Shown here: positions 20,693-28,576 of the stretch, piece by piece
Layout: each line of letters begins with the position of its first letter
How positions within the stretch are numbered: position 1 is the stretch's first letter
Translations under genes and position numbers: made by a program
NCBI GenBank assembly: GCA_016699535.1
Contig: CP064980.1
Location: 1,425,728-1,489,727 of the forward strand
DNA: 64,000 nucleotides
DNA from: Myxococcales bacterium
GTDB lineage: Bacteria > Myxococcota_A > Polyangia > Polyangiales > GCA-016699535
Direction: 5' to 3'
The notes under the pieces: generated by a model
The model's database searches: none
Seen by the model: the letters and a program-made list of their open reading frames with translations, nothing else
Told to the model about the DNA's origin: nothing

Positions 20693-21628
20693 ATGTTACG
20701 CACAATTTTTATGGGTACCCCGGATTTTGCGGTGCCCAGCTTAAAAGCATTAGCTGAGTTGACCGAAGTCGTTGCTGTCGTCTCTCAACCCGACCGACCC
20801 TCTGGTCGAGGCATGAAGTTAAAGGCCACTCCCGTGAAGGCTGCAGCTCAATCATTGGGCCTTTCCGTCTATCAACCTGAGCGCGTAAAAAACCAAGCCT
20901 TTTTAGATTGGTTCAAATCACAACGGGCTGATCTTGCAGTTGTGGTTGCCTACGGACGTATCCTTAGCAAGAAAATTCTTGTTGCGCCTTCTTTGGGATG
21001 CTTGAACGTGCATGCATCGCTTCTGCCACGGTGGCGAGGTGCGGCGCCGATACAGTGGGCTATTTTTCATGGTGATCAACGTACGGGCGTGACCCTCATG
21101 CAAATGGATGAAGGTATGGACACCGGCGATATCCTCAGTCAGATGAGTACGGACATCGGTCCCAATGAAAGCACTGGCGAGCTTGCAATCCGGCTTGCCG
21201 AGCTTGGCGGTGATATTCTTAGGCGTGATCTGCTTGCTGTCGCCAATCATGCGATCTCGGCTCGAAAACAAGACGAAGAGCTTGTCACAATGGCGCCTTT
21301 GATCAGCAAAAGTGATGGCGATATCGATTGGCACAAATCTGCAAGCGATATTCACAATCAGATTCGAGCGATGCATCCTTGGCCGTGTGCAAGCACATTG
21401 GCTCGCGGAAAAAGAATTAAAATTCACCGTTCAAGAGTGTTAGTTTCCGAGGGACACAGCTCGGAAGTCGGCAAGGTAGTCCGGGCGGATGAGCACGGGA
21501 TTGAAGTTGTGTGCGGTGATGGCATTTTAGTGATCGAAGAACTTCAACTTGAAGGCCGATCAAAGCTTAAAGCGGGTGCCTTTCTTAGTGGCTACCGCCT
21601 GCAGGCTGGAGACAAACTAGTATCATGA
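20693..21628 (+). CDS. fmt: Methionyl-tRNA formyltransferase
   Basis: 311 aa immediately after def. MGTPDFAVPSL, NVHASLLPRWRGAAPIQ motifs. Confidence 0.95.
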   Translation: MLRTIFMGTPDFAVPSLKALAELTEVVAVVSQPDRPSGRGMKLKATPVKAAAQSLGLSVYQPERVKNQAFLDWFKSQRADLAVVVAYGRILSKKILVAPSLGCLNVHASLLPRWRGAAPIQWAIFHGDQRTGVTLMQMDEGMDTGDILSQMSTDIGPNESTGELAIRLAELGGDILRRDLLAVANHAISARKQDEELVTMAPLISKSDGDIDWHKSASDIHNQIRAMHPWPCASTLARGKRIKIHRSRVLVSEGHSSEVGKVVRADEHGIEVVCGDGILVIEELQLEGRSKLKAGAFLSGYRLQAGDKLVS

Positions 21629-22179
21629 AAATTTACACAAAAGGTGGCGACGCTGGCGCAACAGGTTTGCTTGGCGGAACGCGTGTTTCTAAAGCAGACT
21701 TGCGCATTGAGACCTATGGAACCATTGATGAACTCAACACCGTTCTAGGCATGGTGCTTTGTGACACAAAGGATCAAGATGCACGTGAAACCCTTCTTCG
21801 CGTTCAAAGTGAGCTGTTTACGCTGGGTTCCGAGCTCGCGATTAGCCCCGAAAAGAAAAAAACAATTACGATTGCCTTGCTTGCTGAAGAAGCCGTTACT
21901 CACCTCGAGCAGAAGATCGATGCATGGGATGAGATCCTGGAGCCTCTGAAAAACTTCATATTGCCTGGCGGGACCCGTGCTTCGGCCCAACTGCACTATG
22001 CAAGAGCGGTATGCCGACGAGCTGAACGCTATCTCGTTCGTTTGAACGAAAACGAGCCGCTGCGGCCTTTGGTCCTCAGCTACGTTAACCGTCTAAGTGA
22101 TTTTCTATTTGTATTCGCCCGCTATCTAAACCATCAAACTGAAACCCCCGAAGCCATCTGGTGCGCTCCCCAAAAATAA
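21625..22179 (+). CDS. PduO-type ATP:cob(I)alamin adenosyltransferase
   Basis: MKIYTKGGDAGATGLLGG...ETYGTIDELN N-terminus is typical of the PduO-type family. 4-nt overlap with fmt. Confidence 0.9.
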   Translation: MKIYTKGGDAGATGLLGGTRVSKADLRIETYGTIDELNTVLGMVLCDTKDQDARETLLRVQSELFTLGSELAISPEKKKTITIALLAEEAVTHLEQKIDAWDEILEPLKNFILPGGTRASAQLHYARAVCRRAERYLVRLNENEPLRPLVLSYVNRLSDFLFVFARYLNHQTETPEAIWCAPQK

Positions 22180-22528
22180 ATAGCTCCTATGCCGGAATCT
22201 ACCTACAACGTAGGTACATCTTACAAAAGACAGACGATAACTGCTTGACCCCTGACTTTGGAAAAAGGTAAATTAGGGTATGTTCCTTCTGTCGAGAATC
22301 GTGAACGGACCGTTTGTAAGAATCCCTTATGTGCATGAACCAGGGAGTGTTATTGAAGGCGGTGTGCAGGCCCGGCAAACATCACCGGGACGCCTAAAGC
22401 CAACGAAAAACACACCCACCTAGCGAAGCTAGGGGTTCTCATCGGCATCACGTCTAGGACGGTTGAGCATTAGGGGGGTTTGATAACCATCAGGCCCCTC
22501 GCTTTTAATTTCACGACTAAGATAGGTA

Positions 22529-24294
22529 CTATTTTTTTACTGGTTTGGCTTTCAGTGAAGCTTTGCCGTCTTTTTCGTAGACGGTGAAGCGAACATGTTT
22601 CGCTTTGTGCCTTTTTTGAATCTGCTCTTTGTTTTTTGTAATCGCGTTCAAGAACTTGTCGTAAGTAAAGCCAGCGGTTGTTTCTCCGCATTTTTTCTTA
22701 AGTTCAATGAACTCTTTGTAGAGTGCCGGAAAATCAGCCGCGGTGGTTGGTGAAGGTTTTGAGTGCTTAGAGCCTGGTTTGCTCTTACTAGGGTTACTCA
22801 ACGAGGAAGACGATGATTCGAAACTTTCAAAGTTTTGAGAGACTTCTGAAATGACAGTAAGATCCTCGTCCTCGGGAAGAAGTTGGTTTGCTTTTTTTAT
22901 AAACTGAGATGCTTCTTCCGCTGAAACGGTCGCGGTAGGTATTTCACTGTCGGGGCCCTTGCGTGGCAAAGCGCGTCCTGGTGGAGGCGGCGGCGGTGCT
23001 TTTCGGCGAGTTTCGGGGACTTGTTTTTGGGATCCGAGAATTAGGGGCGTATCGTTGGGGCCAATGTTCTTGCCATCTTCAGCGAAAGCAAAAAATCACC
23101 TGAACTGCTTGGTGTTGGGCTTGATCCTAAAATGGCGTCCAAGGTGGTGGGCTTCTGCCGTCCTGAAGCTGTCCCGGAAATTACTGTATCAAGGGCTTGA
23201 TTAACATCTTGAGCAAGACCTCGATAGATTCCCGAAAAATCCGTGAGCTTTAGACGTTCATGTTCTTTGCGGACGATGCTCTGAATTGCTTTTTGCAGCA
23301 AGCCCAATGTTCGATCGCGTTCCCACCAAATTAGTGCCATCCCAATCGCAACTAGAAACAGACACAATAACGACAAGCTAACGAATGGTATATTATTGAT
23401 ATCGTCGCTCGAAGCAGCGCTAAAGAGTGAACTGATCGATGCAATATTGGGTTTGGGTCGAGCAATAGCATAACCGATGTCGAAAGGCAGTGCTTGAGCA
23501 ACCAGGGCCACATAAATGGCTTTGTCTGTATCGCCAATCGACTGCACTGCTGAACGCCATTCCTTCTCATAGTCTTTGCTTTTGATAGCTTTGGTAATCC
23601 CGGAAACAATTTTGTGCTGGCTGGTGGCATTTGGATTGTTGGCAGGTTCATGTGAGGCAATGATTTTAGTGCCCTGAAAAAAAGCAACCGATGTGCCTCC
23701 GGTAAGTTTTGAGAGCTTTTGTGCAAGGCTTCTATCAAAACTCTTTGCATGAACAATCACTCCCACATAGCTGCCGTGATAGACAACCGGGCGAGCTGCA
23801 ATTCGGTATGGGACACCACCCAGCACCCAGAGACTATCACGAACGTGGCCTGACAAAGCAGCGGTCACCACTGGAAAATGTCGAAAACTATCACCGACCT
23901 GCACAGGAGTGTTTCCTGCGCTTGCAACGACTAAGCCATGGCTTTCTAGCGCGAAAAGAATGTCTGCTTTGAGTTCTGCGAATTTTGCGTTGTTGTTCTT
24001 TAGAAGACCTTCGAGGCTGCTCTGTAAGGTACCGTAGCGCTTGGGGTTTCGCTGACTTGCTTGTTTTAGGGCGATCCCGACACTGGGATTAGCCGTGATG
24101 ACAGCGATATCGTCGAGACGCAGCCTTGCTTCATGTCGCAGAGCTGCTTCGATGGTGTTTCGATCTTGTTTGAGTTTGGCATCGACTTCTTCAGCAAGTT
24201 CACGTTGAATAAAATTACGCGAGAGTGTTCCAGCAGCCAGCGCAAAAGTAGCTGTGAAAGAAAGTAGGATTATCCAGAATCTAGATAAGAGCAT
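22529..24294 (-). CDS. Membrane-anchored protein with an MXAN_5187-like C-terminal domain. Split by an apparent frameshift in an A6/T6 run (23090-23095).
   Basis: ORF 23041..24294 has an N-terminal TM segment, a periplasmic-like region and a second TM segment. The frame of ORF 22529..22969 is open upstream to about 23098. Joining inside GATTTTTTGC gives ...SSSGDFFAFAEDGKNIGP...PPPPPP... The C-terminal YKEFIELKKKCGETTAGFTYDKF...VRFTVYEKDGKASLKAKP resembles the domain I recall PGAP naming MXAN_5187 C-terminal (from memory, unverified). Confidence 0.65.
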
Positions 24295-24306
24295 TGCTTC
24301 TGAGCC

Positions 24307-25020
24307 TCACTTCTTCGTGCCGGATTTGGAAACGGCAAGGGTATCTAGTTTCAGTGTGCCTCTCGCTGGAACACTTATGTTTTTTTTAGCAATCAATTGA
24401 TCTTGAAAATAGACTTGTACCGTATAACTTCCGGATTTTAGATCGGTAAAACGAAACGCCCCACTGTCAGAGACTGATGCTACGGCAGCAAGTTTTGATA
24501 GGACATGAATGTATCCTTGTGCATGTGGCAATGTTTTGTCTGTCACAAGCTGAGTTCCGGTTTCCAAGAGCTTGAGCGTTCGTGCGGTACGGGCTGCCAT
24601 CGCTGAGCCGGATAGCTCTTTGCTGTTGCCTAGCAACGGTTTCCGCTCAAATGCATCGTCATTGCTAACACGAAGAGTACTCCCTACGCCGGCAACTAAA
24701 GTCGAGGGCTCTACTCCTCCGCCTCGTAAATGAAGGTCAAAGCTGTTTGGCGTGGTCTCTGAACTTCGTCCGATAGCTACAACGGCAATTTCATTGCTAA
24801 GCTCTCTGCTCAGCCGTTGACTGGCAACGACCCCATTGCGTTCATCCCAAAAGCAGTGTCTGTCTTTGCATGACCCGAGAGGTTTTTCATAGCTGATGGA
24901 GTCAGGCAAAGCCAAGGAGCCAGTGACGTCACCTGCTAGCGCTTGAGTTGTACAAAGCAGTGATGCCAGAGATAAGATCCATACAGTTGAGATTGTCGTC
25001 GGTTGTTTTTTTCTATGCAT
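24307..25020 (-). CDS. Hypothetical secreted protein with a C-terminal beta-sandwich (carboxypeptidase-regulatory-like) segment
   Basis: Signal-like MHRKKQPTTISTVWILSLASLLCTTQALA. C-terminal GSYTVQVYFQDQLIAKKNISVPARG pattern. Confidence 0.6.
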   Translation of the reverse strand: MHRKKQPTTISTVWILSLASLLCTTQALAGDVTGSLALPDSISYEKPLGSCKDRHCFWDERNGVVASQRLSRELSNEIAVVAIGRSSETTPNSFDLHLRGGGVEPSTLVAGVGSTLRVSNDDAFERKPLLGNSKELSGSAMAARTARTLKLLETGTQLVTDKTLPHAQGYIHVLSKLAAVASVSDSGAFRFTDLKSGSYTVQVYFQDQLIAKKNISVPARGTLKLDTLAVSKSGTKK

Positions 25021-25064
25021 GAGCTCGTCGTGTTTGAAATCTAGTGTTCATACTGTTGTTTGCC

Positions 25065-26069
25065 CTAGAGTCTAACCAATGCTGAGCCCCATGTGAAACC
25101 TGAACCGAAAGCGGCAAATAATACAAGCTGACCGGGCAAAGCTTTTTCTTCTTCCCATGCACTGCTGAGAGCCATTGGAATGGAGGCCGCCGTGGTATTT
25201 CCATATTTTTCAATATTGTGTACCACTTTGTCTGGGTTAATGCCTAGTTTTTTGGCTACCAGTTCGTTGATGCGCATGTTGGCTTGATGTGGAACAAAGA
25301 GATCAACGTCATCAAGGGGTATCTTATTTTTTTTCAGAATGGAGAGGCTGACTTCAGGCATTTTTTCCGTAGCCCAGCGAAACACCTGCTTTCCATTCAT
25401 GCGGGGAAATTGTTTTCCTTCATCAATCATAGCATGATCAATTCGGGGAAAATGCGCGCTTGTTGGTGCTTCAACCCAAAGTTCTTTAGCGCCGCTTCCA
25501 TCCGCATGCAGTTCGATATCGATGATGCCTTGCTGTGGGCGTATGGCAGGGCCTACGATGACGGCTCCGGCGCCATCTCCAAATAAAACGGCTACATCTC
25601 GTCCCTTGTCGGAAAAATCCAGACCTGTTGAATGCACCTCAGCACCGACGAGGCAAACATGCTTGTACATGCCGCAACGCACCCATGCATCCGCGATTTG
25701 CAAACCATAAAGAAAGCCAGAGCATTGGTTTCGTATATCGAGAGCAGGCACCGTGCTTAGTCCAAGTTTGCGCTGCAAAAGGCAGCCACTTCCAGGAAAG
25801 TTATAGTCAGGTGAGAGCGTTGCAAAAACGATGGCATCGAGCTCGCTCGGGGCGATGCCAGCACGTTTACAGGCCATGGTTACAGCCGGTACCGCCAGAT
25901 CGCTTGCTCCACAGCTGCTCTGTGGATCGATGAATCTGCGTTCAGCAATCCCAGTGCGCTTCCGAATCCAGTCATCGCTCGTGCTCATGATCTTTGCGAG
26001 ATCGTCGTTGCTGACAATGCGATCGGGTACATGGTGCCCGACCCCCAATATCGCCGATGAGATAGTCAT
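25065..26069 (-). CDS. fabH: 3-oxoacyl-ACP synthase III
   Basis: 334 aa with active-site Cys context NQCSGFLYGL, HQANMRI and GNTTAASIP. Confidence 0.9.
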   Translation of the reverse strand: MTISSAILGVGHHVPDRIVSNDDLAKIMSTSDDWIRKRTGIAERRFIDPQSSCGASDLAVPAVTMACKRAGIAPSELDAIVFATLSPDYNFPGSGCLLQRKLGLSTVPALDIRNQCSGFLYGLQIADAWVRCGMYKHVCLVGAEVHSTGLDFSDKGRDVAVLFGDGAGAVIVGPAIRPQQGIIDIELHADGSGAKELWVEAPTSAHFPRIDHAMIDEGKQFPRMNGKQVFRWATEKMPEVSLSILKKNKIPLDDVDLFVPHQANMRINELVAKKLGINPDKVVHNIEKYGNTTAASIPMALSSAWEEEKALPGQLVLFAAFGSGFTWGSALVRL

Positions 26070-26147
26070 GCACTATCCTTCCCTTGACCTCGCCCAAAGG
26101 TCAAACCCACAAAAGCATTCCCCCATTTTCACCAAGCCAACCACCCA

Positions 26148-26510
26148 CCCCGCGAGCAGCGCGAGCCCGCAGGGGAGCGAGCCAAGGCGCGAAGCGCCCT
26201 TGGGAGGGGATTGTCGTGAATCCCCTCTTTGGAGCGCTGCAACGCAGCGGTACAAACAGTTAAAGCTAAAGACTTAAGCAATTCCAAAATTTGCCAGCAA
26301 GCACCCCCGCTCGCAAAGCGAGCCCGCAGGGGAGGGAGCCGACGCGCAAAGCGCGTTCGGGAGGGGAGACGCGTGTCTCCCCTCTTTGGAGCGCTGCTAC
26401 GTAGCGGTACAAACAGTTAAAACGAGCCGACGCGCAAAGCGCGTTCGGGAGGGGAGACGCGTGTCTCCCCTCTTTGGAGCGCTGCTACGCAGCGGTCCAA
26501 ACAGTTAAAG
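26148..26510. repeat. Multi-hairpin intergenic repeat family: two full units (26148-26265, 26303-26421) with a conserved spacer, plus one 5'-truncated unit (26422-26510)
   Basis: Direct comparison of the copies here and at 61194-61472. Each unit contains hairpins CCGACGCGC-GAA-GCGCG(C)TCGG, GAGGGGA...TCCCCTC and TTTGGAGCGCTGC-NAC-GCAGCGGTCCAAA. Confidence 0.8.
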
Positions 26511-26519
26511 CAAATTGGG

Positions 26520-26603
26520 TAGCCGAGGTCGGACTCGAACCGACACGCCCTTGCGGGCACCGGATTTTGAATCCGGCGCGTCTGCCAGTTCCGCCACTCG
26601 GCC
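26520..26603 (-). tRNA. tRNA-Leu (anticodon CAA), class II with a long variable arm
   Basis: The reverse complement folds as GGCCGAG-TG-GCGG-AACTGGCAGA-CGCG-CCGGA-TTCAAAA-TCCGG-TGCCCGCAAGGGCGT-GTCGG-TTCGAGT-CCGAC-CTCGGCT-A. Very similar to E. coli tRNA-Leu. CCA is not exactly encoded (CCC). Confidence 0.85.
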
Positions 26604-26675
26604 AAAGGGGCCTCCTCGGTACTATAGCTTTGCAAAAGGAGCAAGCCTAAACGTCAGACCTAGCTCTGGAGGGCT

Positions 26676-28454
26676 TTACCTATTGCTTTGTGATGAATGA
26701 CCCGAGGGTGTATTACTCGGGGCTTCGACAACGATGGACTGCTCTCGCGCCATTTCCTCAAGGAGTTCATGGCACTCGGGCCGGTCGCGAAGATGGGCGA
26801 GAAGCTGGGCTGAGACTTCGCTGAATTTTCGCTCAAAGTTAAGCGCTTCACGCACTCGGCCAGCAATTCGTTCACGGCCGGTCGCAAGATCACTCTCAAG
26901 CGATTCGCTATAACGTCGCAATTGTTGCCTAAGTTCTTCAATTTGCTTGCGTAGGTCACGTGCTATCGACTCACGTTGGTTGATGCGGTTTTCGCCGTCA
27001 TGAGCCATGAGCATTACGGCATCCAAATTAGCTTTTGCTGCGCCCAGTTCCTCAAACACTGTTCGAAGCGCTTGCACGTCGTGCTGAGCTCCGCTGTGCT
27101 CGAGCTCTTCGACGCGTTTAAGGGCTGTTTTCAAACGTTGTTCTGCGTCCATTTGATTGTGGATTGGAAGACGTTTTTTCTCGGAGGCCGCATCGCGCAG
27201 GGCGCGGGATTCTTCGACAGCAAGCTCTTCAACTTTACGACCGATTTCGGCGCGTAGTGCGCGTCCTCGACGTTCAATCGCATCAAGTTTTTGGGAATGA
27301 CTTGCAAGTTCTCCTTCGAGACGGGAGGCTTTCGCGGCCAGGTCCCACATGGTGTTCATGGCTTCATTGATTTCCGGTGGCGCGCCGCCATTTGCATAAC
27401 CACGGGCTAGCAAACGACCAAACATGGCAGCACGCGTGCCCCATTCAACAACGCCTGGGCTTGGTGCAGGAGGAGGTGGCGGTGCAGCAATGGGCGTTTC
27501 AGACTGGTGGATATCCCAGTGTGCAGGGGGTAAGGCACGTTGTACCGCTTTGAGTTCGTCTTGCAGATGGTGACCATCTCGAAAGCGTTTGGCCGGATCT
27601 TTTTCCAGCAAACGCATGATGATGTCCTCAGCCGCTTGAGGGAGATCGGCACGAAGCATGCGTGGAGGCGTCGGTTTGGCGCTTCGCTGCATTTCAAGAA
27701 GTGTTTCACGATCGTTGGATCGAAAGGGGAGCTTTCCTGTCACCATCTCATAGAAAAGCACGCCCAGAGAATACAAGTCGCTAAGTGATATAGCATCATC
27801 GCCACGTGCTTGTTCGGGTGACATGTACTCTGGTGTTCCAAACACAGCTCCTTTAGGAGCGAGACGTGGGTCTCGTGCCAAAGCCGCCAAACCAAAATCA
27901 AGAATCTTCACAAAATCACGGCGTCCACCGCGTACGGTGAGCATGATGTTTTCGCTCTTTAAATCACGGTGAATCACACCGAGATCGTGGGCACGTGCCA
28001 GAGCTGCGCACATCTGCTCGATGATATCAACGGCCCGAGCAATGGGCAGTACGCCCCTTGCGCATTCCGAAGCTAAGGAAGCGCCAATTAGGTACTCCAT
28101 AACGAGATACAGTTCACCGTCTTCGGCTTCGCCGACGTCGTGGATTTCCACAATATGAGCATGGTCCACGCGGTTGGCTGCACGTGCTTCGCGGAGCATC
28201 CAAGCTCGCAAGTGCGTCTCACTTTTCAGATCAGGACGTATAAGTTTTAGGGCGACAACGCGTTCAATAAGAACGTGTCTTGCTCGGTAAACGACGCCCA
28301 TGCCACCTTCACCCAGTCTGGCCTCGATGCGGTATCGTCCGGCAATGACTTTGCCTAGATATGGATCACGTCGTTTTGATGAACTGCGGTTGCTATTGGC
28401 AGCCTGCACGATAATAGTCTCCCTGCGTTGGTATATCTTAGCCCAATGATACAT
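26676..28454 (-). CDS. Ser/Thr protein kinase with a long C-terminal coiled-coil region
   Basis: GEGGMGVVY, ALK, HRDLKSENIM, DFGLA and GTPEYMSPE motifs. Pro-rich linker (PPPPPAP), then a heptad-like E/R/L-rich tail. Confidence 0.9.
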   Translation of the reverse strand: MYHWAKIYQRRETIIVQAANSNRSSSKRRDPYLGKVIAGRYRIEARLGEGGMGVVYRARHVLIERVVALKLIRPDLKSETHLRAWMLREARAANRVDHAHIVEIHDVGEAEDGELYLVMEYLIGASLASECARGVLPIARAVDIIEQMCAALARAHDLGVIHRDLKSENIMLTVRGGRRDFVKILDFGLAALARDPRLAPKGAVFGTPEYMSPEQARGDDAISLSDLYSLGVLFYEMVTGKLPFRSNDRETLLEMQRSAKPTPPRMLRADLPQAAEDIIMRLLEKDPAKRFRDGHHLQDELKAVQRALPPAHWDIHQSETPIAAPPPPPAPSPGVVEWGTRAAMFGRLLARGYANGGAPPEINEAMNTMWDLAAKASRLEGELASHSQKLDAIERRGRALRAEIGRKVEELAVEESRALRDAASEKKRLPIHNQMDAEQRLKTALKRVEELEHSGAQHDVQALRTVFEELGAAKANLDAVMLMAHDGENRINQRESIARDLRKQIEELRQQLRRYSESLESDLATGRERIAGRVREALNFERKFSEVSAQLLAHLRDRPECHELLEEMAREQSIVVEAPSNTPSGHSSQSNR

Positions 28455-28576
28455 GAACTAAAGCAAAGGAACATTCTTTCTGCGATCAATTCACTCCCCT
28501 GAAGTAGGAAGATGTATTCCATAGGCGGACGAAACTCGTATTTATCAGGGAACTCTGTACAATAGGGGTAGGACTC

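Noticed and set aside
22180-22528. Cobalamin riboswitch next to the cob(I)alamin adenosyltransferase gene
   Set aside because: The region is downstream of the gene, between convergent genes, and I could not find a B12-box-like consensus.
26229-26420. Paralogous small ORFs MERCNAAVQTVKAK... (26229..26420) and MERCYAAVQPVKAK... (61277..61474) that look like a conserved small-protein family
   Set aside because: They are translations of the hairpin repeat units. Their conservation follows the DNA repeat, their composition is Arg/Gly/Ala-rich from GC palindromes, and there is no RBS. The repeats are explained better as structured DNA or RNA elements.
26148-26510. Possible CRISPR array, given the tandem repeated units near a tRNA
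   Set aside because: The units are about 90-120 bp and internally palindromic. They are directly abutting or separated by one conserved spacer. There are no short constant repeats with unique spacers and no cas genes.
26417-26644. 75-aa minus-strand ORF
   Set aside because: It overlaps tRNA-Leu(CAA) and the adjacent repeat unit, so it is spurious.
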